The notes beneath the pieces were generated by a model. It worked only from the letters and a program-made list of their open reading frames with translations. It was not told the DNA's origin and searched no databases. 64,000 nucleotides of DNA from a virus (lineage: Duplodnaviria; Caudoviricetes). The DNA is taken from positions 1-64,000 of IMG/VR virus record IMGVR_UViG_3300030330_005136; one strand, written 5' to 3'. Numbering within the stretch: the stretch's first letter is position 1; each line of letters starts with the position of its first letter. Below, one piece after another: positions 27,201 to 37,697 of this stretch. Both the position numbers and the translations under genes were made by a program.

Positions 27201-27887
27201 AATGGAGACTTGACATTATCAACTAATATTTTTCCAGGACTTACAAAAGAAGCTTTAGGTGTGGAATGGAATCCTGATGATTGGAGTCCAAACGGTGGTG
27301 GTTCTTTTTCTTATACTTTGCCTGAGTCACGAGATGCCACCCTTGGTGAACTAAATTTACCATTGTTTTACAAGTATATAGAATTTAGAATTCAAACATT
27401 ACAAACTGCTGAAGGTGAGCAATCAGAAAATAATGAACTTGTAGATCCAAATTTTTATGTTGGATTAAATGTATTTGGTATGCCAGGAGCTGGTGGACAG
27501 ATATTCAATGACTTTCAACAGGATCAAGAACCTGTATTAGTATCAACCGGTGGTTTGGTCAATTTATTTAATATAGAAGAAATGGTTGATGAAAATGGAA
27601 TACCATATCAAGAATTTTCTCAAATACCAGATGGGCTGAGAACCGTTGTTCTAAGAGCCGTTCCAACTTCAGGTGGTTTTTCTGATGAAAATTCTGTAGG
27701 GACTTGGAGTTTCGTGGCTGATCCTGGTGTAGATGTAGACACGGTTGGTTCTATTACTCAATTTTGGGTTGGTGATCCAGAGAATGATAACTTTGGACAT
27801 CATTTAGGAATTATCACATTTAATCAAGAAGGTCCTGTAACTGTAAAATATCAGTGGTTTGGTGATGGAAGTGGAGGTGGTCCATAA
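24240..27887 (+). CDS. large virion-associated protein, possible InlB-B-like repeats
   Basis: 1215 aa; YTFQMPNEDVQYLAKF and NFKFRGWT resemble divergent InlB-B repeats. Confidence 0.6.
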   Translation: MSDIIIEGKNLSDINQSNFQTVGVRSALYFDTNYTANESLSVDEDVFKHDTIDVHLARLSPDPIKDLLPSKLIEVATIEPWQGRLHFDRDFSYDSAAPTEGPYLGLFEGVNNFIPNWQPFNSGRPSGNPANPTSKFYYPYFYTGNLYEVDFQNEKLTRLVVNNLYARIPNNIGFGVEERESTSTYVVKDDRFPLGTYTEENKQYWEIQTSDPVSRNSQFSSTRMQIALSTKMSDGIIRSEEEQFSVDAFTFTERDGVITPLFFYYDKNLHPVEYNNATTGKVSMKIELRESGRNGDNELDLYQERNPVRPFLMGFEKDELRNGGFTIDDPPEELIGTGEIYGEGLYFADYSITLQAIANPDSYLLGIFDIPDDNLKSTGGANGSYTFQMPNEDVQYLAKFRPNPYIVLGQKFLNPETGNEQSGGSESKGQVRLWLSKLQLNINSSNYETVPLEGGFDLPLFQDPGGRVISRNFRPTDFGGDFLTLEQKEATTNFKFRGWTYESGSESIIASFEDIEVPTNTPGGVFPLPADQHYNGSLYGNLGGNAGNIKTIKLNEDFRYPNGRLFIYANYSLIMFTLNNLNNQVDFENNFADALKYGPFKFVTAKGNSPSIDDYKSTDLSQFEAFAAGDEKVRLLIAGPGMGYANAEYLPSGDNAHLTPIEETGYEFGDFFWHKTDDEEIPLRIDVPQPIPNTMENAIELNGGSEPTPTVVEGDAPFNQNGITLEDTQPSGYSVGTVDITGLFKVTNVQFSHYGGTEEGSEGTIAQYSIDWGPNITNQTRNVNKFRLDENERDDYKGVLLGDTVYLGSFEDAVAHNGGPLDDEVALPAGAPIPAGTLQSGLEYDYSIGSTHGLDDVFIVEDYDVSAVSSDVNVIYITWGVNPNADVAGGLSSNEINQIITTETTSSISYQPLQNGIYIKSRDLGANTSLTTAIVESDTSISGRVRSKEDSGAIDADMYGFGQTYRVTMTPSQASLPPEIDVFLAQENGDLTLSTNIFPGLTKEALGVEWNPDDWSPNGGGSFSYTLPESRDATLGELNLPLFYKYIEFRIQTLQTAEGEQSENNELVDPNFYVGLNVFGMPGAGGQIFNDFQQDQEPVLVSTGGLVNLFNIEEMVDENGIPYQEFSQIPDGLRTVVLRAVPTSGGFSDENSVGTWSFVADPGVDVDTVGSITQFWVGDPENDNFGHHLGIITFNQEGPVTVKYQWFGDGSGGGP

Positions 27888-29884
27888 TGGCTATCGTTAG
27901 AAATGCTAAGAAACAAGATTTTGACTATTATTTAACCAATATAGATTGGGATGATGGCACTGAAATAGATCGCGATATACATCAGTTTACACGTAATGAT
28001 GTGTTTGATCACACATATGAAAAACCAGGTTTCTATTCTGTAAAGGGATTGGTGTTTAAATTTGAAAGGGTAATGATTGATGCAACACCACCATCGGAAT
28101 TTCCTCAAGGTTCTATCTCTGTTCCTTCTATGATAGTCAATTGGATAGAGGTTGAAGCTGACGATGGAGATAAGGAAATAAGAAGTAAACAACAAATTAG
28201 GAACATAAGAGAACCTCTGTCTGAATTTAAGATACGTGATAGGTTTGAAGATACATATTGGGTGATAAAACATAAAAGTAGTGTAAACCATGATGTAAGG
28301 ATGGGTACTGAAAATTATATATCGAGTAAAAATTTACCAGCAAGTTGGGTAAATACAATTGTTGCTCCTATCACAAATGCATCATCGGGTGAACAACAAG
28401 ATGGAATTTCAATTCAAATACCGATCAAAATGGATATATCAGATATAGATATGATTTACTATTCCTTTGAAGTCAATGTAGCAAATCCAAATGGTGAGAA
28501 TAATCCATCGGAATATGCTATTTTAGAAAGATCACACCCACCCTTGATCTCAGATAATGGAGATATAAATCCTGACTATGGCATACGATTTGACTCAGCT
28601 AGATTTATTGAAGGCATGGGTGGTGATTCAACTGATCCCAATAGAGATGACACAGATGTAGTAAAAAATCAAGGTTGGCAAACAGTCAGTGGATATATTT
28701 TCGTTCAAGAGCCACCTAGTAATACAGCAACCAATGGTTCTAATATCGAAAATTTAGATTTTCAAACAATTGAATCTCAAATTATGATATTCCCAAGAAG
28801 ACGTAGTGATACTCCACAGGATGAAGATGAGATTACTTACATTGGTTTAAGAAAAGTAGTTATCAGAACACCAAATACAAAAAATATAATCAGACCAAAT
28901 GAATGGCAAAGATTTTATTCTAATATGATTGTAAATCCAAGAGATGATTATCAATCTCCACTATATGAATTAAACGATTTCGCTATGATCGGTGGTGTAT
29001 CGGAAAAATCATCACATTTCAAGACATTAACAGCTTTAGCTGCTTTTGATAATGATAATAAAGAATATAAAAATAGTTCACTGATATCAGGTTATAACCC
29101 TTACGATTTTATTGCTATTTATGATACCATGGCAAAATATAATGCTGATTATTATAATGAAGTTTTAGATCCATATACCAATCCCATACATGAGGATTAT
29201 GCTCCATATTGGAGAGATGAAGACAACCTTAGTGAAAAATTTAGCTTATTTGATAAAAAAAGAATTCATAATGGTTTTGTTGATAGACAATATCATGGAG
29301 TGCTTAAAGACACAGAGCTTGTAGATGTAGATATTAGCACAACAAAGGTTTATAAAGGTGCGATACCTATCTACGAACATTTGGGGGTTACAGGTTATGC
29401 ACTTGGAAATCCATCTAGACCAAATTATTGGAAAAACATAATACCAAAGGATTACAAACTTACTGATAGAAGTGGGTTTTCTCAAGAACCATTGGAAGAT
29501 CCAACCAAAGGATCGATAACTCCAAGAATACCAAGGTTAGTTTGGGTGATTGATGAAGAAGATGATCAGACTTGGAATGGTGGATATTACTGGCCACAAT
29601 TACCAAAGATGACAAAGGGTGGGGTGTTTGCTGAACCAATTGATGAATACGAATATGGTGGTAGAAATAGTTTGATAACAAGTGATGAACCGATTGATAA
29701 AACTCTATTCAACCTTACTTTTGATGCCGATGATATAGAGGAATTACAAGACATCACCAATAATTATAATATAGAGTACAGAGTTGATGGGTTATTGGAT
29801 CTCAATGATGATAAAAGAGTTGATTTGATAACAGCAGATATCACAGATACTTTAGAAAAAGATTTTGATAGGCAGGCATTCTAA
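27887..29884 (+). CDS. structural protein with PKD-like domain (paralog A)
   Basis: IDWDDG...FDHTYEKPGFYSVKGLV; ends RQAF. Confidence 0.7.
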   Translation: MAIVRNAKKQDFDYYLTNIDWDDGTEIDRDIHQFTRNDVFDHTYEKPGFYSVKGLVFKFERVMIDATPPSEFPQGSISVPSMIVNWIEVEADDGDKEIRSKQQIRNIREPLSEFKIRDRFEDTYWVIKHKSSVNHDVRMGTENYISSKNLPASWVNTIVAPITNASSGEQQDGISIQIPIKMDISDIDMIYYSFEVNVANPNGENNPSEYAILERSHPPLISDNGDINPDYGIRFDSARFIEGMGGDSTDPNRDDTDVVKNQGWQTVSGYIFVQEPPSNTATNGSNIENLDFQTIESQIMIFPRRRSDTPQDEDEITYIGLRKVVIRTPNTKNIIRPNEWQRFYSNMIVNPRDDYQSPLYELNDFAMIGGVSEKSSHFKTLTALAAFDNDNKEYKNSSLISGYNPYDFIAIYDTMAKYNADYYNEVLDPYTNPIHEDYAPYWRDEDNLSEKFSLFDKKRIHNGFVDRQYHGVLKDTELVDVDISTTKVYKGAIPIYEHLGVTGYALGNPSRPNYWKNIIPKDYKLTDRSGFSQEPLEDPTKGSITPRIPRLVWVIDEEDDQTWNGGYYWPQLPKMTKGGVFAEPIDEYEYGGRNSLITSDEPIDKTLFNLTFDADDIEELQDITNNYNIEYRVDGLLDLNDDKRVDLITADITDTLEKDFDRQAF

Positions 29885-31854
29885 TGGCAATACAATGGAA
29901 AAGAAATACTAGATATCCATCGGTCACAAGACCAGGTGCATTTCCTAGAATACAAGAGTTTGATGATCTAACCGGAGAGGACATTCTTGAAGATACTTGG
30001 TTTGAGCTAACCGGTATAGATGAAGAGGAGATAAACAAGTTTAAGTTTTCCTTGGGGACTTGGATACATTTAAGTAGAAGAAATAGAAAGATACGAGTTT
30101 TAACTGCTGAAGAATCAAATAATATCACATATCCAATTACATCAGATCAAGAAGATGAGGAAATAACTACAGAGCCTAAACCAGATTTTAAACCGCCTGA
30201 TTTTTTAGGGGGAGCAAGTAGGCCTCATGAATGGGCAAAAGATAAAGGTGGTGCTATACCAGATGAAAGTCAAAATCCTCTCAATATAGTGGATTTAGAA
30301 GTTTTAAAACCAAATGGTGATAGAAGAATACGTGAAGGACTTGGAGAGGGTGGTGTGGATGTGCCTGTAAATGTAGCAGCACATGATAAAATTACACAAT
30401 ACACTGATTCGTTTAAAACTATGAATCGGAGATTTCCACTTGTAGGTCCTGGCCCCAATCATGTTGCTGTGGGTGATAGAACAGAGGATAGGATTTGGAT
30501 TTGTTATAAGAATTCAGCCGAAACACAAAAGATTCTTGGGGTTCCAGTTGCTGTTGATTATTATTATGAGTGGAAAGCCAATTTAGCAGATGAGTATTGG
30601 TCAGAAGAAAACAAATTACTCTTTCCAAGTCTTGGTTTTCAGTGGGTGTGGATACCTAGTAATAAGCGTATTACTGATGCGGAAACTGGTCTCTCAGCCT
30701 ATGGTGATTGGGTACCTGGTGGTAATTTAGTCGAAACGGAAAACCAAGCTGGTTCTGATAATCAATATGTTGGTCTAGTCACAAAATCACCTATTCAAAA
30801 TGTATCGAATATCGAACAAGATGATTTATTTTTATATCATCAGATAGGTTCTGATGAATACAAAGATATATCTGCTCCATTAGAAGTATACTTTAGTTTT
30901 AATTATTTAGAACGTGATGAAACTAGCGTGGATAAGATAAAATATAAAGTGATAGAATGGGGCGATGAAGAAGATCAAATGTCTGATCAACAAATTTTAG
31001 ATAGTGAATTTTTTTATCTGTATGAAAGCGATGATTCTGTTTTTGATGGCGCAAAATATAAAAAACTCTGTTTAATTGCCTCAGAAGCGATCGAATTAGA
31101 GGGTGAAGACGTAAACGATGGTGTTGGTGCTGATAGGGGTGTAATACATAGCCATGTTTATATTGAACCTGGTATAAAAACAATAAAAACAATCGTGTTT
31201 AGGTTTGATGAAACAGGAATTTTCTTACTAGAAACATCAATTGTTCACACCAACATATTTATCGGAGATCCAAATCAAAAGATACAGAATTTTAATATAT
31301 TTGGTGGAGAAGAATTTACGGTATTGCCGTTGGAAGAAGAACTTGAACCAATCATAGGAAATATAGATAAGAGATCAGAGTATGTTAGATCGATTGAAAA
31401 AATTAAAAATAATGATTTATATCAAAGTTCTGATTATTTGGAAAAACTATATGCTGATGAATTTTTACCTAATGTTAATAACGACTTATATGGTGAATAT
31501 GCTGGTAATATAGATTTAGGTATTACAAGAGTTTTCAAAAAAACATATAATATCTTTGATTTTATCGGCGGTGATGCTTTACAAATTATAAATAACAATT
31601 TTGAATATCCACAAAATAGTTTACCACTCAATAGTTCTGCTACCGAGATACTTATAGATAATGGAGATTGTGTTGTGAATCTTGATCCAAGTAATCAAAA
31701 TAATGATCAATTAGAAAATAATGGTACATCTGATGAAAAGGGTGTATTGATGGGTGATTTTAGATTAGTCAAAAATCCAAAACAAAAAATTAGAAAAGAA
31801 GATGCTATGCAGTTGCCAAAATTAAACACACAAAAGAAAAGACAGGCTTTTTAG
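29884..31854 (+). CDS. structural protein with PKD-like domain (paralog B)
   Basis: IEWGD...HSHVYIEPGIKTIKTIV; ends RQAF. Confidence 0.7.
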   Translation: MAIQWKRNTRYPSVTRPGAFPRIQEFDDLTGEDILEDTWFELTGIDEEEINKFKFSLGTWIHLSRRNRKIRVLTAEESNNITYPITSDQEDEEITTEPKPDFKPPDFLGGASRPHEWAKDKGGAIPDESQNPLNIVDLEVLKPNGDRRIREGLGEGGVDVPVNVAAHDKITQYTDSFKTMNRRFPLVGPGPNHVAVGDRTEDRIWICYKNSAETQKILGVPVAVDYYYEWKANLADEYWSEENKLLFPSLGFQWVWIPSNKRITDAETGLSAYGDWVPGGNLVETENQAGSDNQYVGLVTKSPIQNVSNIEQDDLFLYHQIGSDEYKDISAPLEVYFSFNYLERDETSVDKIKYKVIEWGDEEDQMSDQQILDSEFFYLYESDDSVFDGAKYKKLCLIASEAIELEGEDVNDGVGADRGVIHSHVYIEPGIKTIKTIVFRFDETGIFLLETSIVHTNIFIGDPNQKIQNFNIFGGEEFTVLPLEEELEPIIGNIDKRSEYVRSIEKIKNNDLYQSSDYLEKLYADEFLPNVNNDLYGEYAGNIDLGITRVFKKTYNIFDFIGGDALQIINNNFEYPQNSLPLNSSATEILIDNGDCVVNLDPSNQNNDQLENNGTSDEKGVLMGDFRLVKNPKQKIRKEDAMQLPKLNTQKKRQAF

Positions 31855-34800
31855 ATGAAAATTGTAAATAACTATACAGATAAGATAAGTAATCTTATAT
31901 CCGGTACTGATCAATATGAAATACCAAGTGGTCTAACCACAATTGCTTACCAAAATGCATCAATTTTCCAAAGACCTGAAATAGTTCTTAATGTATTATC
32001 TACCGGTGGAACATTTCAATCATCTTTTACTTTAGAAAACAACACTGATTTTTATGTAAAGAACAATCAAATTTATCTAAAACCAAATGAGGTATTGGAT
32101 AGAGAGGGATTTTTTGCCGGTCAGTATAATCTTAGATTTAATTTTATACAACCCTTAAAATCTAGTGAGAATGATAAATTATATCTCGGTGAAGTATCAC
32201 CATCAAGAAGGGAAATAAGACTTAGCACCGCTTTTGACGTTAATATCAACCTTACTAAGATAAATAGCTTTTTCATCCTTGAGGGTGATGATTATAACTT
32301 CGATTGTCAACTAGAGTTATCACGTGGAAGATATATACCAATAAATGCCTTCGCTATCGATAATCAAACCGGCGGTAGAAATAGTTTAATACTAAAATTA
32401 AATGAAGAGTTCCCGACTGATGTTGCATTACTAGATACGGATTTTCGTCTAGTAAAAAAATGGTTTGCTTCACAAGAACAGACGATCTCCTTTGTAGATG
32501 AGGAGGGTTTGGCAACAGGTGGTGGTAGATTTTTACAAGTTGACACAAGTTTCTTAACTGAAAATAGTTCAATAGAAGATGATATAACAACTTACTCTGA
32601 GATCATAACTGGTTCGGAAGATGTTGTATCTTTATTTACACAAAGAAAGAAAGATCAAAATCTCAATATAGATTTTTCTGAATTTTCAAACCATGTCTTC
32701 TTTGGTTCTGCTGTAAGTAAATTAGAAAATTTTAAAGATAAAGTTGTAAAACTTGAAGGTTTGTTTAATCAATTATCGGCATCATTATCCATCAGTAGTA
32801 GTATGGATGAGATTGAGCATAGAAAAAGTTTATTTAAACAAATTAGAACTGAAAAAGAAAATTTCACTTCATATGAAAAATTTATGTATGAAGATAATCA
32901 AAAAAGATCTCCTAATTCGGCGCCTGGATTACAGACAAATTTAGCTGGTGGAAATTATAAAAATAAAAGAGATGATAATTATACAACTTTAAGTGGCAGT
33001 AAATCTGAAGGTTTCGATAAACTGCACAAAAAAAATTCTACAAGTGAATATATACATTTGTTCACAGATGTATACAATGTTGAACAACCACCTTTTTATA
33101 ATAGAAATGATTTTGTTTATCTAAGTTTTATACTAAGAAACGAAGCCCACACTGCTGATTCAGGTTACACTTTACATATAAGTGGTGGGGTAGCTAATGA
33201 TAAAATGGAAGGACAAACTTATAAAGAATATGATTATGGTCGATCTTATAAAATACCATTTAATGCTTTTAGTGGTTCAGTATTAGCAAATCCTGAGTCA
33301 ACAGGCTCACACTATAAGAGATACATATTTAAATCACAACAAAATTATTTTAGACCGGAAGAAGCAAATCCTGATGTATTTACGATAAGTGATTATAGTT
33401 CGACATCAACTGCTTGGGAAATACTAACTGGTTCAAATGTACAATCAGCTTCAACCAATGGTTCTATAGGTGATGGTTTTGCCTATGGTATTAGAGACAG
33501 CTCAGGTCAACAAACACAATACATATTTCCATCTGTGGTTGATAGGAATAATCTTAGTAACACATTTACTTTTATTACTGGTTCTTTATTACCACAAGGT
33601 GATTTATTTCCTGTTTATGCTCAACAGAATCCTGCTTTCATTCCCCATTTTTCTTCATACTTTACAGATGTTCATGTATCGTATAATGATCCGACAAATG
33701 TTCACCCCTTTTCAACTGTCTACAGACCACCTAGTGGAAGTTATGCTGGTTCGGATGAATGGAATAATTGGTACGATGGTATTCATGCTTCTGCTTCTCT
33801 ATACGATACAAACAATATACATTCGCTAGTCAACAACTTACCACTTGAATTACGAACAGGTGATCAACATGAGGTGTTAAGAAGATTTGTTAATATGTTG
33901 GCTGAGCAATATGATTTACTTAGAAACTATATTGACAACTATTTAAATTTTTATAAATTAGGATATACAAATCCAAATTCGATGCCGGATAGTTTATTAC
34001 CGATACTTGGTGATACTGTTGGGTGGGAGTTATTGAATGTACAAAACAAAAACACATCTATTGAAGATTATGCTGAAAGTACGGCAGGTGATGAAATCGG
34101 TGTACAAGCTGTTATTAATTCTACATGGAAAAAAATTCTAAACAATTTAGTTTATGTCTACAAAACAAAGGGAACTACAGAAGCAATTCAAAGTTTACTA
34201 AATCTATATGGATTCGATTCTAATGGGTTTAGAATGCATGAGTATGGTGGTTCTACTGCTGAACACAATCCAACAATCATCACTAATGAGGCAACTAACT
34301 TTGAAAATGGATTAAAAAATGTTCAAGGTAATGTATCATTTGTTCAGAACATAGAACCATTTCCCATGATCAATTTCAGAGGAACAAATTCACTCGGTGT
34401 GGATTGGTGGAGAAATGATGCGACTGCTAATGGTGTTGAGTTTGTGTTCAATGCTGATAAGTCATTAACTGATCAAACGATACTAAGGTCAAGTGGATCA
34501 AATAATGATCTATGGGATTTACGACTAATACCATCAGCATCATCAACTGATTTTAGTCAACTACAATTTAGATTGAATACAAGTAACAGTGGTTCTAGTG
34601 TTATAGCTTCTAATGCTGTATCTATGTCATCTCCATTTGTTGATTTTCAAAATGGTAATATCTACAATGTACTGTTACAAAGGGCTGTTGTGACTGGTTC
34701 ATCACCACATAATGCTTTTACTCAATCCTATGAGTTATTCGTAGCTAGAAAAGATGATGATAAGATATTAGATGTAAGTGCCACAAGTATGTCGTGTGCT

Positions 34801-36951
34801 ATATCAGGTGCTAATTATAACTTTGTCAATCAAGATGTTTCAAAAACATCAGAGAATTTATTTGTAGGTGAAACCCTAAGTGGTTCACTGGCTGAACTAA
34901 GGGTGTGGAATAAAAAATTAGACATATCTAAATTCAAACAACATACCTTGAATTATAGAAGCACGGTATCAAACACCATAACTGGTTCAGTTGATGATAT
35001 TATATTTAGATATCCGTTTGATGAAAACATTGTTAATTGGTCAACTAATCCAAATTCTGCTTCACTAAAAGTTCATGATGCTAATTCACAGAATGTAAAA
35101 GATTATTCTATATTCATAGTATCACAAAGTAATTTTAATTACACGACAACGATGACAGAACAAACATTTTATAGATTTGCTATAAAGGGAAATGATAAAT
35201 TACCAAATGATAATCAGACAAATCTAACACCTAGAATGAAAACTACTGGCCAATTAAATCCTGATCAAGCTTCTATTGAAGATCCAACGGATGCCAGTGG
35301 TCAGCCAGAAAGACAATTCACAAATAGATTTGGACGAGATGTTTCTTATGTAAATGCGGTTGATGGATTGGTGATGAACCTTATGCCTGATTTTAGAATA
35401 GATGATTTTATCGGTGATCCTGATGAATCTCTTACAGATACTTATGAAGATTTAATGACATTACGTAGAAAATTGTTAGATGAGCCTGGTGTAAGAATTG
35501 ATGTAGAAGCTAATATTAGAGCTGTTGAAAATATTCTAAGTGATGAAATAAAGGAAACATTAGAAGTATTGACACCCGCAAAAACTAATTTTGAAATGTT
35601 CTATGATATCAAGAATGATTCTTTATTTCGATCAAAAATACCAAAAAGAGCTCAACTCACCACTCAACTAAACCCAAATAAAGCCATAGGTGTAATTGAT
35701 GCCGATAAATTTGACGAACCAACAATCGTATCTACTGCAAATGAAAACATTAAAACAGCATTTATTGATGCAGATAAATTTGATGAACCTACTGTAATTT
35801 CATTTGCTAATAACAATGTAAAAGAGGGTAAGATTGATGCCGATCAATGGGATGAACCAACGATTATATCTACAGCAAATGAAAATTTAAAAATTGGAAA
35901 CATAGATGCTGAACAATGGGATGAACCTACGATAACATCTACTTTTGAAAACATCCAAGGTGGAACTGATATAGAAATGGTTGATCTAACTAAGTCAAGA
36001 TTAGCAAATAATTTCAGTGCTACTGCAGAAAAAATGAATGAATTTTTCTTAGGGTCTAAGAATCATATTGGTAGAAACCAAGGAACAGGTTCTAACAGTA
36101 GATTTTTTAAATCCATTAATGGTGGTGTTAATGGAGATTTTAACACTTACAAATTCGAGAATAGATTTACATTTAAAACCATCGGTGATACAGAGCATTT
36201 TATTAATTCATCAAGTCATCATGATGAATTTAGGTCTTTTCAAAATAGACATTTTGTAGATCAAAATCATCCAGAAAGATATGTTTATAATTCATTTTTT
36301 GGAAGTAATGGTAATGGCACAGTTGCTGGTCGAATGGTCGGTAGAACAAAATTTTTCAAAACAGACTCGGATGGTAACATAACATATCCGTCTAATCATT
36401 ATATAAATGCGCGTACCAGTAAGGACAGATTATTAAGATTGACATATTTAGGCACACAACATGATGGTTCTAACCCGACCCAAGATCCATTGAAAAATGA
36501 TCCACAACCATCGGTCTCGGCATATATCATAAATGTTCGTGGTTCGGATACATTGAATAGATTAAAAGTTGAACGACCAATAGCAAAAGAATTACAACAG
36601 ATGAGACTGAGATTAGATTCTGCCGGTGGTGGTGTTGGAGAAGCAACTTTTAAATTGTTCAGAAAAAACAAAGAATTGTTTACTGAAACATTCAATACAG
36701 ATACTAGAATTAAAAACACCAAATTTTCTTTAACAGGTGCTCTTTCAGAATATCGTTTATTAATTACACCGGAATCAGGTAAAAAAATTGGAGATGCTTT
36801 TGTAATTGGTAGAACTATAAAACAAAAAGATGGTAGTAATAAAGTTCAGAAACTTGCCAGTATAAGTGCAGCTCGTAGACCAAATGGTACAATGTCAGTA
36901 AAATTTACAAAAATAAGAGGACCTTTTACTATTTTATTTAGAATAAAATAA
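31855..36951 (+). CDS. large baseplate wedge-type protein (gp7/P2 gpI-like segment plus LamG-like domain)
   Basis: 1698 aa; FVNMLAEQYD...VYKTKGTTEAIQSLLNLYG; GSLAELRVWN. Confidence 0.65.
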   Translation: MKIVNNYTDKISNLISGTDQYEIPSGLTTIAYQNASIFQRPEIVLNVLSTGGTFQSSFTLENNTDFYVKNNQIYLKPNEVLDREGFFAGQYNLRFNFIQPLKSSENDKLYLGEVSPSRREIRLSTAFDVNINLTKINSFFILEGDDYNFDCQLELSRGRYIPINAFAIDNQTGGRNSLILKLNEEFPTDVALLDTDFRLVKKWFASQEQTISFVDEEGLATGGGRFLQVDTSFLTENSSIEDDITTYSEIITGSEDVVSLFTQRKKDQNLNIDFSEFSNHVFFGSAVSKLENFKDKVVKLEGLFNQLSASLSISSSMDEIEHRKSLFKQIRTEKENFTSYEKFMYEDNQKRSPNSAPGLQTNLAGGNYKNKRDDNYTTLSGSKSEGFDKLHKKNSTSEYIHLFTDVYNVEQPPFYNRNDFVYLSFILRNEAHTADSGYTLHISGGVANDKMEGQTYKEYDYGRSYKIPFNAFSGSVLANPESTGSHYKRYIFKSQQNYFRPEEANPDVFTISDYSSTSTAWEILTGSNVQSASTNGSIGDGFAYGIRDSSGQQTQYIFPSVVDRNNLSNTFTFITGSLLPQGDLFPVYAQQNPAFIPHFSSYFTDVHVSYNDPTNVHPFSTVYRPPSGSYAGSDEWNNWYDGIHASASLYDTNNIHSLVNNLPLELRTGDQHEVLRRFVNMLAEQYDLLRNYIDNYLNFYKLGYTNPNSMPDSLLPILGDTVGWELLNVQNKNTSIEDYAESTAGDEIGVQAVINSTWKKILNNLVYVYKTKGTTEAIQSLLNLYGFDSNGFRMHEYGGSTAEHNPTIITNEATNFENGLKNVQGNVSFVQNIEPFPMINFRGTNSLGVDWWRNDATANGVEFVFNADKSLTDQTILRSSGSNNDLWDLRLIPSASSTDFSQLQFRLNTSNSGSSVIASNAVSMSSPFVDFQNGNIYNVLLQRAVVTGSSPHNAFTQSYELFVARKDDDKILDVSATSMSCAISGANYNFVNQDVSKTSENLFVGETLSGSLAELRVWNKKLDISKFKQHTLNYRSTVSNTITGSVDDIIFRYPFDENIVNWSTNPNSASLKVHDANSQNVKDYSIFIVSQSNFNYTTTMTEQTFYRFAIKGNDKLPNDNQTNLTPRMKTTGQLNPDQASIEDPTDASGQPERQFTNRFGRDVSYVNAVDGLVMNLMPDFRIDDFIGDPDESLTDTYEDLMTLRRKLLDEPGVRIDVEANIRAVENILSDEIKETLEVLTPAKTNFEMFYDIKNDSLFRSKIPKRAQLTTQLNPNKAIGVIDADKFDEPTIVSTANENIKTAFIDADKFDEPTVISFANNNVKEGKIDADQWDEPTIISTANENLKIGNIDAEQWDEPTITSTFENIQGGTDIEMVDLTKSRLANNFSATAEKMNEFFLGSKNHIGRNQGTGSNSRFFKSINGGVNGDFNTYKFENRFTFKTIGDTEHFINSSSHHDEFRSFQNRHFVDQNHPERYVYNSFFGSNGNGTVAGRMVGRTKFFKTDSDGNITYPSNHYINARTSKDRLLRLTYLGTQHDGSNPTQDPLKNDPQPSVSAYIINVRGSDTLNRLKVERPIAKELQQMRLRLDSAGGGVGEATFKLFRKNKELFTETFNTDTRIKNTKFSLTGALSEYRLLITPESGKKIGDAFVIGRTIKQKDGSNKVQKLASISAARRPNGTMSVKFTKIRGPFTILFRIK
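35695..35960 (+). repeat. coding tandem repeat, 69 bp / 23 aa x4
   Basis: IDA(D/E)(K/Q)(F/W)DEPT(I/V).S..N units start at 35695, 35764, 35833 and 35902. Confidence 0.9.
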
Positions 36952-36978
36952 AGGTAAATGGTATTTTTAGTTTTCACT

Positions 36979-36986
36979 ATATTTAT
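36979..36986 (+). promoter_or_regulatory. putative late promoter ATATTTAT
   Basis: intergenic, upstream of ATG 37005. Confidence 0.55.
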
Positions 36987-37004
36987 AACTAAATAGGATT
37001 AATT

Positions 37005-37685
37005 ATGGGTATATTAAATAATGACACAGTAATTGTAGATGCTATCTTAACTAAACTTGGTCGAGATAAGTTGAGACAAGGTGAACCTTTAGGCATCACA
37101 CAATACGCCTTTGGAGATACAGGCGTAGATTATAATTTATACAATCCGAATCATCCATCAGGATCAGATGCTTATGGTCAAGCAATTACAGGCTTACCAC
37201 AATTAGAAGCTGTGCCGGATGACGATGTTTTTATGAGATCAATATTATTTGGTAGTGGAGAACGTGGTATACAGAACTATGGATTTATTGATTTGCCAGA
37301 TGGTTTAACGAGAACCATACAACATATACCTGGTGGTATTCAAAGTACAGCAATTGTATTGAGACCAAGAGTATTCTCTGCTGGTACAGAATTAACCGAT
37401 ACAGAATTTAAATTCACAATTTTAGACCACAGAGGATTAACTGCTACCATAGGTGGTAATACAATCGTTGGTAATAATTTTAAATCAGTTGATGTAGATA
37501 AGAGATCAGCTAATGGAGTTGAGTTACAACTAAATGCTCAAGCTGGACAAATTTCTAATCAAGTCATTAGAACTGTTAGAGTACAACTAGTTGGTGATGG
37601 AGCAGCACCAGTTCAAGTAACGATCACTGTACAACCCAATACCGATGTTAATAGTAGTGGTAATACTTTTGGTGAAGGTGGATAA
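37005..37685 (+). CDS. conserved virion structural protein
   Basis: VDAILTKLGR...ITQYAFGD..VDYNLYNPNHPSGS pattern typical of the tail/baseplate region of large marine phages. Confidence 0.7.
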   Translation: MGILNNDTVIVDAILTKLGRDKLRQGEPLGITQYAFGDTGVDYNLYNPNHPSGSDAYGQAITGLPQLEAVPDDDVFMRSILFGSGERGIQNYGFIDLPDGLTRTIQHIPGGIQSTAIVLRPRVFSAGTELTDTEFKFTILDHRGLTATIGGNTIVGNNFKSVDVDKRSANGVELQLNAQAGQISNQVIRTVRVQLVGDGAAPVQVTITVQPNTDVNSSGNTFGEGG

Positions 37686-37697
37686 TAGGAGTAAAAC

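Noticed and set aside
35695-35960. CRISPR array
   Set aside because: The repeats are in-frame, degenerate at synonymous sites, lack unique spacers and have no cas genes nearby.
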